DNA from: an uncultured Chloroflexia bacterium
Lineage (GTDB): Bacteria > Chloroflexota > Anaerolineae > Anaerolineales > Anaerolineaceae
DNA length: 32,000 nt
Assembly: GCA_963704755.1 (NCBI GenBank)
Contig: OY969938.1
Location: forward strand, 4,080,001-4,112,000
Direction of reading: 5' to 3'
The notes beneath the pieces were generated by a model, which saw only the letters and a list, made by a program, of their open reading frames with translations, did no database searches and was not told the DNA's origin. A program made the translations under genes and the position numbers. Below are positions 17,012 through 25,694 of the stretch, piece by piece. Position 1 is the first letter of the stretch; each line of letters begins with the position of its first letter.

Positions 17012-17983
17012 TTGGAACCTGATCTTGATTTTTCTGGACTGCATGTAGCCGCCCTGGCGGGTGGTGTGGGCGGGGCGCGCCTGGCCCAGGGATTGGCGGC
17101 GCTGCTGCCTGCGGAACAATTGAGCATTATCGTCAATACCGGTGATGATTTCGAACACCTGGGCCTGGCAATTTGCCCGGACCTGGATACGGTTACATAT
17201 ACCCTGGCCGGGCTTTCCAACCCCGCAGCCGGCTGGGGGCTGGCGGACGAGACCTATCACTGCCTGGAGGCGCTCGGCAAGCTCGGCGGCCCGGATTGGT
17301 TCCGCCTGGGCGATCGCGACCTGGCCACTCACCTGGTGCGCACCAGCCTGCTCCGCTCCGGCATGCGCCTGACCCAGGCTACCGGCCAGATTACCCAGGC
17401 ATTGGGTGTGCGCCATGCCATCCTGCCGATGTGTGATATGCCGGTCCACACGCGGGTGATCACCGACCAGGGCGAGCTGGATTTTCAGGAGTATTTCGTC
17501 CATTTCGGCTGGCAGCCACGGCTGACCGGCCTGCGCTGGGAGGGGATCGAAGAAGCCCGGCCTTCGGCCGAGGTGCTGGCGGCTCTAGACCAGGCCGACC
17601 TGGTGGTGATGTGCCCCTCGAATCCCTTTGTCAGCATCGACCCAATTCTGCTGCTGCCGGGGATCCGCCCGCTGCTGCAAAAGCGGTTAGTGGTGGCAGT
17701 CAGCCCGATTTTAGGCGGGAAGACGGTCAAGGGACCGGCGGCCAAGATGTTCCAGGAACTGGGCATCGAGCCCTCCGCGCCGGCGGTGGCGGAGCATTAC
17801 CAGGACGTGCTGGACGGCTTTGTACTGGATGAGATCGACGCAGCTTTGCAGGCTGCGGTGGAGACTTTAGGGATGGCAGCCTGCGCGATACCTACCCTGA
17901 TGTCCGGGCTGGACGAGCGTAAGGCGGTGGCACAGGGGGTTTTGGAGTTCGCAAAAAGTATAAAGAGCGGGAAGCGCGGATGA
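17012..17983 (+). CDS. cofD: 2-phospho-L-lactate (or EPPG) transferase CofD/FbiA
   Basis: [17 protein letters not shown] glycine-rich N-terminus, NTGDDFEH.., [16 protein letters not shown] start at 17012 after GGGAGGGAG, and the start is uncertain. TGA overlaps the cofC ATG. Confidence 0.85.
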   Translation: MEPDLDFSGLHVAALAGGVGGARLAQGLAALLPAEQLSIIVNTGDDFEHLGLAICPDLDTVTYTLAGLSNPAAGWGLADETYHCLEALGKLGGPDWFRLGDRDLATHLVRTSLLRSGMRLTQATGQITQALGVRHAILPMCDMPVHTRVITDQGELDFQEYFVHFGWQPRLTGLRWEGIEEARPSAEVLAALDQADLVVMCPSNPFVSIDPILLLPGIRPLLQKRLVVAVSPILGGKTVKGPAAKMFQELGIEPSAPAVAEHYQDVLDGFVLDEIDAALQAAVETLGMAACAIPTLMSGLDERKAVAQGVLEFAKSIKSGKRG

Positions 17984-18585
17984 AAATTTGGGCAGTCGTG
18001 CCGGTCAAGCCCGGGACCGCCTCCAAGTCTCGCCTGGCGGGCGTGCTCTCGGCTGACCAACGGGCACGGCTGGCCGAAAGCCTGCTGGAGCATACCCTGG
18101 GTGTGCTGGCCGATTGGCCGGCTCTGGCCGGGGTGCTGCTGGTCACGGCCGGTGCGGAAATGCGCCAAATTGGGCTCCGTTACGGGACGGAGGTGTTGTG
18201 TGAGCCAGACCTGCCCGGTTTGAACCACTCCCTGGAGCGCGCCTGCCGGGATGTCGCTGCACGGGGAGCCGAGGCCATCCTGGTGGTGCCGGCGGATTTG
18301 CCCCTGTTGAGCCGCGAGAGCTTGAATGAAGTGATCGCGGCCGCGGTCACACCGCCGCTGGTGGTCATCGCCCCGGACCAGTTAGGCAATGGGACCAATA
18401 TCTTGATGCTCGCGCCGATCTCGGTTATTCCATTCCGCTTCGGGCCGGGGTCGCTGGCAAAACACACCCTGGCTGCGCAGGAAGCCGGCGCCGCCCTGGT
18501 GCGGGTCGATTCGCCGGCGCTCAGCTTTGACGTTGACCGGCCGGAGGATCTGGATCGCCTGGAGGCGTTGGGTATTTTCCGCTGA
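17980..18585 (+). CDS. cofC: Phospholactate/phosphoenolpyruvate guanylyltransferase CofC/FbiD
   Basis: ATGA overlap with cofD. WAVVPVKPGTASKSRL.., ..LVVPADLPLL.., GTNILML.., F.FGPGS..H. Confidence 0.85.
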   Translation: MKIWAVVPVKPGTASKSRLAGVLSADQRARLAESLLEHTLGVLADWPALAGVLLVTAGAEMRQIGLRYGTEVLCEPDLPGLNHSLERACRDVAARGAEAILVVPADLPLLSRESLNEVIAAAVTPPLVVIAPDQLGNGTNILMLAPISVIPFRFGPGSLAKHTLAAQEAGAALVRVDSPALSFDVDRPEDLDRLEALGIFR

Positions 18586-18815
18586 GCCACGTTGGGGAAT
18601 AAGAAGATTACACCGCAGAGACGCGGAGAGCGCTGAGAAGATTATTTGAAAAGAGCCCGCAGGTTGGGTTCGGGCCTATCGAGGAAATTGGCCGGACATC
18701 GGGCGTTTGTCTGCCAGGAAATTGCCCGAACCCAACAAGTTCACATAGGTGAAAACCGATCTGCGGTATGGTAGCCCGGCTTTCGAAGCCGGCGCGTGCT
18801 ATCTTTAGAAAATTA

Positions 18816-18927
18816 GTAACCGCTCAGATAAGTGCGCAAAGAGAGGGTATTTTTATTATTTTTTGCGCGCAAAGCGCGCAAAAAATAATAAAAATACCCT
18901 AATCCTCTGCAGTAGTTGAGTAGTTTC
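18816..18927. mobile_element. MITE-like nested-palindrome element, copy f (112 bp)
   Basis: Termini GTAACCGCTCAGAT / AGTTGAGTAGTTTC. Perfect 27-bp stem 18844-18870 / 18874-18900 with loop AAA. Perfect 8-bp direct repeats GAAAATTA at 18808-18815 and 18928-18935. Confidence 0.9.
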
Positions 18928-18951
18928 GAAAATTACTAGAAAGAAGCTGGT

Positions 18952-20568
18952 TTAGTGCTGCCCGTTCTTCTGGATCAGCAAAAGGGCCTCATAGCCGGCC
19001 AGTTTCAACAGGGCTGTATTCTTAATCGATTCCAGGCGCTGGCGTTTATTGGAAAGCAGCAGGTCCCAATCGCTCCCGCGGACCATGGCCCCCAGGGCCA
19101 GTTTGACTGGCCGTTTGCCAAAGTTGAGCGCTACCAGGACGGTCTGGTCCCGGTCCTGGCGCAAATACGCCAGCAGGCGCTGAGGTTCGAAGGTCAGCGG
19201 CTGGAAAAAGCCATCGCGCAGGGCGGGCACTTCCTTGCGCAGGCGGATCAGCGCTTTGTAGAAGTTGAGCAGCGAATCCGGGTCGGACTGTTGGGCGGTC
19301 ACATTGCGGTGGAGGTAATTTTCGTGCACGGGCAGCCAGGGTTTGCCCTGGCTGAAACCGGCCTGGGGGGAATCGTCCCACTGCATGGGCGAGCGGCAGC
19401 CATCCCGTCCTTTAAAGAATGGCCAATAGCGTTTGCCGACCGGGTCCTGGACCTGTGATTTGCGCAGGGGGATATCCCGCATGCCGATTTCCTCGCCGTA
19501 ATAGAGGAAAGGGGTACCATGTTGGGTCAGCAAAAGCGCAGCAGCCACTTTGAGCAGATCGTCGTCTTCGTTGTGGGTATAACGGGTAGCCGAGCGCGGA
19601 TTATCGTGGTTGTTGAGTACATAGGTTGGCCGCGAACCCTCTTCCATGGCATTTTCCCAATCCTGAATGGCTTTTAAAAAGCGGGCAGGTTTCCAGGGCG
19701 TTTCCAGGAAGGTGAAATCGAATGCGGCGTGTAAACGGCCTGGGGCGCAATAAGCGGCGGCCTTCCTGGGGGTGTGCTCGAAGGTCTCGCCCACAGCGTA
19801 GCGCTCGGGGTACTGGTCCAGCAGATTGCGGATTTCGGCTAACAGGGGCATCATCTCTGGCTGGTCGCAGTCATGGATGTGCTTTTGGCGGTCGAATCCA
19901 CGGATGCCAATGGCCGGGGGGTTATTGGGAAAGCGGTCGTTCTTGAAATACATATTGAACACGTCCAGGCGGAAACCATCGACCCCGCGGTCGGCCCAGA
20001 AGCGGAACACGTCCAGCATAGCCTGGCGTACCGCTGGATTGCGCCAGTTCAAGTCCGGCTGCTGTTTGTAAAACATGTGGTAATAATACTGCCCGGTTTG
20101 CCGGTCCATTTCCCAGGCGTGGCCGCCAAAGACGGAATACCAGTTGTTGGGCACGCCACCGTTCGAGGCAGGTTCGTGCCAGAGGTACCAATCCCGGTAG
20201 GGGTTATCGCGGCTGCTGCGCGATTGGGCGAACCAGGGATGCTGGTCGGAAGTATGGTTGAGCACCAGGTCCAGTACCACATGGATGTTCAGGCGGTGGG
20301 CCTGTTCTACCAGCCGGTCGAAGTCCGCCAGGGTGCCGTATTTTGGGTCGATATCGTTGTAATTGCTGACGTCGTAGCCAAAATCGGCGTCCGGACTGGG
20401 GTTGACTGGCGAGAGCCAGATCGCGTCCACACCCAGGCCGGCCAGGTAATCCAGCCTGGCGGTGATCCCGGCCAGATCTCCAATGCCATCTCCGTTGTCG
20501 TCCATAAAAGAACGCGGGTAAATCTGATAGATAACGCCGTCGCGCCACCATAAGAATTGGTCGGCCAT
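18952..20568 (-). CDS. GH13 alpha-glucosidase / oligo-1,6-glucosidase family
   Basis: WWRDGVIYQIYPRSF, GVDAIWLSPV, DLVLNHTS, GVDGFRLDV, YAVGETF, LNNHDNPR (the conserved GH13 regions). Confidence 0.9.
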   Translation of the reverse strand: MADQFLWWRDGVIYQIYPRSFMDDNGDGIGDLAGITARLDYLAGLGVDAIWLSPVNPSPDADFGYDVSNYNDIDPKYGTLADFDRLVEQAHRLNIHVVLDLVLNHTSDQHPWFAQSRSSRDNPYRDWYLWHEPASNGGVPNNWYSVFGGHAWEMDRQTGQYYYHMFYKQQPDLNWRNPAVRQAMLDVFRFWADRGVDGFRLDVFNMYFKNDRFPNNPPAIGIRGFDRQKHIHDCDQPEMMPLLAEIRNLLDQYPERYAVGETFEHTPRKAAAYCAPGRLHAAFDFTFLETPWKPARFLKAIQDWENAMEEGSRPTYVLNNHDNPRSATRYTHNEDDDLLKVAAALLLTQHGTPFLYYGEEIGMRDIPLRKSQVQDPVGKRYWPFFKGRDGCRSPMQWDDSPQAGFSQGKPWLPVHENYLHRNVTAQQSDPDSLLNFYKALIRLRKEVPALRDGFFQPLTFEPQRLLAYLRQDRDQTVLVALNFGKRPVKLALGAMVRGSDWDLLLSNKRQRLESIKNTALLKLAGYEALLLIQKNGQH

Positions 20569-20718
20569 GCTGTTGTACCCCTGACGAATGAAAAGATTGG
20601 CCTGAAAAAATCAAATAGGTCCAGAAAAGTATAGCATAGGGACCGCCAAGGAAGGGCAAAGGATAGGATTGAAAATATGAGAGTGTTGAAGAACGCATTC
20701 ATATAAAAATAAAAATTT

Positions 20719-20761
20719 TTTGGATATACGTGGCGGGGCGGCTTCGCCACGTATATCCAAA
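20719..20761. repeat. Solitary strong hairpin in the divergent GH13 / nusA intergenic region
   Basis: 16-17-bp perfect stem TTGGATATACGTGGCG (20720-20735) / CGCCACGTATATCCAA (20745-20760). The loop carries GCTTCGC, the complement of GCGAAGC. It is preceded by an A/T tract and bracketed by an imperfect outer inverted repeat GAGAGTGTTGAA (20679-20690) / TTCAACACCCTC (20785-20796). Confidence 0.6.
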
Positions 20762-20807
20762 CCCGGATGATGAAAAGCGACTTTTTCAACACCCTCAAAT
20801 ATCTCGC

Positions 20808-20836
20808 TTGCGCCTTGACAAGGATTATGATAGAAT
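20808..20836 (+). promoter_or_regulatory. Candidate nusA operon promoter (extended -10)
   Basis: TTGCGC (20808-20813), 17-nt spacer, TG-a-TAGAAT (20828-20836). Confidence 0.35.
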
Positions 20837-20870
20837 CTCAAAGTAAGCGGTGGAAAGGTTGGACCGTATT

Positions 20871-20900
20871 GAAAAGTGGGCGCTCCCCACTTTTCTTATT
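20871..20900 (+). terminator. Terminator-like hairpin in the nusA 5' leader (candidate attenuator)
   Basis: GAAAAGTGGG-cgctc-CCCACTTTTC followed by TTATT. It sits 36 nt upstream of the nusA ATG and downstream of the candidate promoter. Confidence 0.5.
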
Positions 20901-20935
20901 ATGTAACCAGTTAGTATCTTGGAGAATGCGCAGGA

Positions 20936-22975
20936 ATGAAGAACGAATTTAATCTGGCTTTCAACGAAGTCATTGAGGAAAAACAACTACCCAAAGAGAT
21001 AATTCTCAAGGCTTTGGAATCAGCAATGGTTTCCGCCTACCGGCGGGCTGTCAATGCCTCAAACGCACAGCATGTTGAAGCCAAAGTGGATGTCGAGACG
21101 GGTAAGGTGACGGTTTATGCCGAGAAAGAAGTAGTCGATGCGGTCCAGGATGAGCGCACCGAGGTTTCTTTGGCAAATGCGCGTGTCGTTGAACCTGAAG
21201 CCGAGATGGGGGATATGGTTGTCGTCGAAAGTACCCCTCGCGATTTCGGCCGTGTAGCCGCACAGACTGCCCGGCAGGTTATCCAACAGCGCATCCGGGA
21301 TGCCGAGCGACAGGCTCAGCTCAACCATTATCAGAAACAGGTGGGCGAGATTGTCAGCGGCCTGGTTCAAGCGGTCAATGCCCAGGGTGTAACGGTCGGC
21401 CTGGAAATGAAAGCCGAAGGCGTTATGCCCCGTAAAGAAATGATACAGGGTGAACGGCCACGAATTCACGACCGGGTCCGCGCCCTGGTCGCCGAAGTTA
21501 AAGATAACCCGCGGGGTCCCCAGATTATTCTCTCCCGCACGCACCGCAATTTCTTGCGCCGCTTGCTGGAGAATGAAGTACCTGAAATTTATCACGGGGT
21601 CGTCGAGATTCGCTCTATTGCCCGCGAGCCGGGTGAGCGCGCCAAAGTGGCCGTTTCGGCTACCCAACAGGGTATCGATCCGGTCGGCGCTTGCGTAGGC
21701 ATTCGCGGCGTGCGCATCCAGGCCATTGTCAGGGAGCTGCACGACGAAAAGATCGACGTAATCGAATGGAACGCAGACACGGCCATATTTATTGCCAAAG
21801 CCATCAGTCCCGCCCGGGTGACCGGCGTTTATTTGAACGACCATTCCAGCGGCGGAAAGACGGCCACGGTGGTGGTGCCCGAAGACCAGCTCAGCCTGGC
21901 GATTGGGCGCGACGGGCAGAATGCCCGCCTGGCCGCCAAGCTGACCGGCTGGCGCATCGATATCAAGAGCCTGCCTGAAGCGGCCAGTGATGCCCTGAAC
22001 AAGCTGCAAAAAGAAGAAGTCATCCGTGAACTGGCTGCCCAGGAAACCGGGTCGATGCACCAGGTGGAAGAATTGCTGGCCCGTAAGGCCGAAGGCCGGC
22101 CTTTGCAGCCAGAAGAATACGACCAAATGTCTCGCTTCGTGGATCGGGTCGAACGGCGCATCAGTTCCAAGGTTGAAGAGACGAAAGTCGATGACAAGGC
22201 TCTCACCGAAGCTCGCGCCAAGGTTCCGGCAGACACCTTCGATGTCAGTATTTTGGACAGCGGGCTGCCCGAACACGTGGCCTATATTTTACAAGAAGCC
22301 GGCTTCAGCACCCTGGGTGAAATGGCCGTGCAGATGAAGCTCAACGCAGACGATATTTTGCGGTTGAACGGTATTGGACCGCGAGCCTTGCAGGAAATCG
22401 AAAGCCTCATGCAGTCCCTGGACGAGCGGGTAGCCGCGATGGCAGAAGCGAAAGCGGCCGCTCCGGTTGAGGCTGAAGCTCCTGCGGAAGTTACGGCCGA
22501 AACAACCGAAGCGCTCGAAACGGCGCCGGCTGAAGAAGCGGCTGAAATCGTTGCGGGTGAGGCCGAACAGGCTGCAGAAGTGCTCGAATCGCCGGCAGCC
22601 GGAGAGATCAGCGAAGAAACCTCACAGGCAGTTGGGGAACCTGAGTCTGTTGAGGAAGGTGTTGCGGAATTAAGCGAAGCACCTTCAGTCGAAGGGGAAG
22701 AGGAAGAGGAAGAAGAGGAAGAAGGCGAGGAAGAGGAAGAAGAGGCCGAAGAAGAAGGAAGTTTTGGAAAGTTATTCGAACTCCGGCCTGATGCGATCGG
22801 CGCAATTCCCTTCGAAGACGAAGAAGAAACGGATAGCACCGGTGCATCCAAAGATAAGAAAAAGTCGAAGAAGAAGAAAAAACATACCGAAGTTGAATTC
22901 GATCCCGATCGGGGCGAGGTAATCGTCCACAAGAAACACCGCCGCGATGGCGACGATTGGAATTGGGAATTATAG
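20936..22975 (+). CDS. nusA: Transcription termination/antitermination factor NusA with long acidic C-terminal extension
   Basis: NTD, S1 ([11 protein letters not shown]), KH1/KH2 ([40 protein letters not shown]) and an HhH-like region ([13 protein letters not shown]). These are followed by an Ala/Glu-rich tail of about 180 aa with a poly-E and a poly-K patch. Confidence 0.95.
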   Translation: MKNEFNLAFNEVIEEKQLPKEIILKALESAMVSAYRRAVNASNAQHVEAKVDVETGKVTVYAEKEVVDAVQDERTEVSLANARVVEPEAEMGDMVVVESTPRDFGRVAAQTARQVIQQRIRDAERQAQLNHYQKQVGEIVSGLVQAVNAQGVTVGLEMKAEGVMPRKEMIQGERPRIHDRVRALVAEVKDNPRGPQIILSRTHRNFLRRLLENEVPEIYHGVVEIRSIAREPGERAKVAVSATQQGIDPVGACVGIRGVRIQAIVRELHDEKIDVIEWNADTAIFIAKAISPARVTGVYLNDHSSGGKTATVVVPEDQLSLAIGRDGQNARLAAKLTGWRIDIKSLPEAASDALNKLQKEEVIRELAAQETGSMHQVEELLARKAEGRPLQPEEYDQMSRFVDRVERRISSKVEETKVDDKALTEARAKVPADTFDVSILDSGLPEHVAYILQEAGFSTLGEMAVQMKLNADDILRLNGIGPRALQEIESLMQSLDERVAAMAEAKAAAPVEAEAPAEVTAETTEALETAPAEEAAEIVAGEAEQAAEVLESPAAGEISEETSQAVGEPESVEEGVAELSEAPSVEGEEEEEEEEEGEEEEEEAEEEGSFGKLFELRPDAIGAIPFEDEEETDSTGASKDKKKSKKKKKHTEVEFDPDRGEVIVHKKHRRDGDDWNWEL

Positions 22976-22999
22976 GGTTTAAATCAAAGAGAAAGAAAG

Positions 23000-23299
23000 G
23001 TGGCGAAAAAACCGTTCAAACATGTGAAACACGTGCCGCAGCGAACCTGTGTGGGATGCCATCAGGTTTTGGCCAAGCGGTCTCTAATCCGGGTTGTGCG
23101 CAGCCCGGAAGGGATCCGCGTGGACACCACTGGCAAAGCCGCTGGTCGCGGGGCATATGTTCACGATAAGCGTGTTTGTTGGGAGGAAGCCTTGAAAGGT
23201 GGGCTCTCCCATGCTTTGAAAACTGAATTGACCGAACAGGACCGGGAAGTTCTTCTAGAATTTATGAAAACCCTGCCGGAAGAAATTATCGAAGCCTGA
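23000..23299 (+). CDS. ylxR: YlxR/RnpM (DUF448) RNA-binding protein
   Basis: GTG start. PQRTCVGCHQV..K..LIRVV and GRGAYVH motifs. It occupies the canonical position between nusA and infB. Confidence 0.9.
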   Translation: MAKKPFKHVKHVPQRTCVGCHQVLAKRSLIRVVRSPEGIRVDTTGKAAGRGAYVHDKRVCWEEALKGGLSHALKTELTEQDREVLLEFMKTLPEEIIEA

Positions 23300-23469
23300 A
23301 ATTCTCAGTCCCGTTCTTGGATAGAGCAAACCCTTGAAGGTTTAGTCGTATTGTCCCTTCAATTAGCTCAACCCACCATAAGGCGCTATCCCCGGCCAAT
23401 TCTTTTTCAAACATTGTCGCCAGGAAAGAATAGGGGATGCAGGGAGTAACATGGAAAGTGAGGTGAGAT

Positions 23470-25263
23470 ATGAGCAATAACGGGTCAAAAACGATTGAAT
23501 TACCTGCCAGTATGACGGTGCGCGATCTCGCTCAACGCACGGATTCCAGCCCGATCCAGGTCATCAAGATCTTGATGTCGAATGGGGTTATGGCAAATAT
23601 CAACCAGCAGGTCGATTTCGATACGGCCGCGGTGGTTGCTTCCGAGTTGGGCTTTGAAGCAAAAGCAGAAATTTACGAAGAGGTTCAGGAACAAGAAACC
23701 GGAGAGGTGCCTCTCTGGCGGCAAATTATTGCCCGCGAAGACAGCGGTAACCTGGTTACACGCCCTCCGGTTGTGACAATTCTGGGTCATGTCGATCACG
23801 GCAAGACGACTCTTCTGGATGCGATCCGAAACACCAACGTGGCCGGCGGCGAAGCCGGTGGGATTACCCAGCACATTGGGGCTTACCAGGTGGAGCACAA
23901 AGGCAAGTTGATCACCTTTCTGGATACGCCCGGGCACGCGGCTTTTACAGCCATGCGCTCGCGCGGCGCCCAGGGTGCCGATATCGTCATTCTGGTCGTG
24001 GCGGCCAACGATGGTGTGATGCCGCAGACCCGCGAGGCCATTTCACACGCGAAGGCAGCCCGGGTGCCGATCATCGTGGCGATGAACAAAATCGACCGGC
24101 AGGATGCCAATCCGGACTTTACCAAGAACCAGTTGGCCGAAGCCGGCCTGGTGCCGGATGATTGGGACGGCGATACGATGGTCGTCCCGGTATCGGCGAA
24201 GCAGCGCAAGGGCATCGATGATTTGCTGGAAGCTATTTTGCTGGTCAGCGATACGATCACGATCGACGCCAACCCGGAAGGGAAAGTGCTGGGCACAGTC
24301 ATCGAAGCGCAGATCGACAAGTCCAAAGGTGTCATTGCCACGCTGCTGATCTACAACGGCACCATGGAAACGGGCGATGTTGTGCTGGCCGGTACAGCTT
24401 ATGGCCGCATCCGTGCCATGTTCGACTTCCACGGGCGCAAGATCCGCAAAGCCGGGCCATCAACCCCGGTCCAGATCATGGGATTGAACCAGGTGCCGGA
24501 TGCCGGCGACCTCTTTGTGGTCGAAGACTCCGAGCGGACAGCCCGGGCGATCATCGACGAGCGTGTTGCCCGAGCCCAGCAGCGCCAGGCAGCCGCGCCA
24601 AAAGCTACCCTGGAAGAGCTGTTCAGCAAGGTCCAGTCTGGTGAAGACCACGAGCTGCGCCTGATCGTCAAAGCGGACGTGCAAGGCTCCCTCGAACCGA
24701 TTGTGTCCTCGTTGAACGAATTGGGCAAAGGCGATATCAAGATCAACATCTTGCACGCCGAGACAGGCAATATCAGTGAAAACGATGTTATGCTGGCCAC
24801 AGCCTCACGGGCCATTGTGGTCGGCTTCAACGTACAGGCAGACGGTGGCGCTCGCCGGTTGGCCGAGACCGAGGGTATCTCCATTCGTCTTTACGACATC
24901 ATTTACCGGCTGACCGAAGATATCGAAAAAGCCATGAAAGGTCTGCTGGAACCGGTGGCGAAAGAAGTCATCCTGGGCCGTGGTAAAATTCAGGCAATTT
25001 TCCGCATATCCAAAGTTGGTGTTGTAGCCGGCTGTAAAGTAGCCACGGGTGAATTCCGGCGAAACGCCAAAGTTCGCATCTATCGCGACGATACCATGCT
25101 CTACGAAGGCGAATTTGCCTCTTTGAAGCACGAGAAAGACGATGTGCGCGAAGTACGGACCGGTTTTGAATGCGGCGCTTCGTTTAAAAACTACAACGAC
25201 TGCGAAGTCGGTGACGACCTGGTGTGCTACACAATAGAACGCGGTACAATAGCGGCTTCGTAA
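23470..25263 (+). CDS. infB: Translation initiation factor IF-2 (short form)
   Basis: SD GAGGTGA. G motifs GHVDHGKTTLLD, DTPGH, NKID. C-terminal domains are conserved. Confidence 0.97.
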   Translation: MSNNGSKTIELPASMTVRDLAQRTDSSPIQVIKILMSNGVMANINQQVDFDTAAVVASELGFEAKAEIYEEVQEQETGEVPLWRQIIAREDSGNLVTRPPVVTILGHVDHGKTTLLDAIRNTNVAGGEAGGITQHIGAYQVEHKGKLITFLDTPGHAAFTAMRSRGAQGADIVILVVAANDGVMPQTREAISHAKAARVPIIVAMNKIDRQDANPDFTKNQLAEAGLVPDDWDGDTMVVPVSAKQRKGIDDLLEAILLVSDTITIDANPEGKVLGTVIEAQIDKSKGVIATLLIYNGTMETGDVVLAGTAYGRIRAMFDFHGRKIRKAGPSTPVQIMGLNQVPDAGDLFVVEDSERTARAIIDERVARAQQRQAAAPKATLEELFSKVQSGEDHELRLIVKADVQGSLEPIVSSLNELGKGDIKINILHAETGNISENDVMLATASRAIVVGFNVQADGGARRLAETEGISIRLYDIIYRLTEDIEKAMKGLLEPVAKEVILGRGKIQAIFRISKVGVVAGCKVATGEFRRNAKVRIYRDDTMLYEGEFASLKHEKDDVREVRTGFECGASFKNYNDCEVGDDLVCYTIERGTIAAS

Positions 25264-25283
25264 GGTAGAACAGGGAAAGGTAC

Positions 25284-25694
25284 ATGCCCTCGAAATTAAG
25301 ATTGCAGCGAATCGGTGACCGGATTCGCCAGGAATTATCTGAAATGTTGGTCATGGGGCAGGTGCATGACCCGCGCCTGCTCGGGGCGAATATTACCGAT
25401 GTGAAGGTAGATCGCGAACTGGCCTTTGCCGATATTTACGTGTCGGCAATCGAAGGCAGCCAGCGGTCCGCGGAAATATTGTCCGGACTGGAATCAGCCA
25501 GCGGGTTTATTCGCCATATGCTGGCTGAAAAAGTCGAACTTCGGGTGTTCCCCAGGCTTAGATTTCATTGGGATCCAACTCCTGAAAAGGCAGACCGTAT
25601 CGAACAAATTCTGGCGACCTTGCGCGAAGATACGCAGGATCCGCCCGAACCAGACGATCTGGAGGAGGACGATAGCGATGACAGCCAGGAATGA
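25284..25694 (+). CDS. rbfA: Ribosome-binding factor A
   Basis: RLQRIGDRIRQELSEML.., ITDVKVDRELAFADIYV, LRVFPRLRFHWD. Acidic C-terminal tail. Confidence 0.9.
   Translation: MPSKLRLQRIGDRIRQELSEMLVMGQVHDPRLLGANITDVKVDRELAFADIYVSAIEGSQRSAEILSGLESASGFIRHMLAEKVELRVFPRLRFHWDPTPEKADRIEQILATLREDTQDPPEPDDLEEDDSDDSQE

Noticed and set aside
18602-18644. The 9-bp direct repeat AGAAGATTA flanking a 25-nt segment (CACCGCAGAGACGCGGAGAGCGCTG), as a tiny insertion with a TSD
   Set aside because: About 32000 x 40 / 4^9, roughly 5, such 9-mer repeats within 40 nt are expected by chance. There are no terminal inverted repeats and no second copy in the window.
21059-22276. Long antisense ORFs: 405 aa opposite nusA, and also 19873-20553 (+), 11483-12205 (-), 7227-7889 (-) and 12389-12985 (-)
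   Set aside because: These are shadow ORFs on the strand opposite well-supported genes in GC-rich DNA. Their translations are Arg/Gly/Pro/His-rich, with no recognisable motifs or start signals.
25426-25677. The 5' extension of the DHH phosphoesterase ORF (ORF-track start at 25426)
   Set aside because: The extension lies entirely inside rbfA in another frame and translates to low-quality sequence. The conserved DHH protein starts at ATG 25678 (MTARND...).
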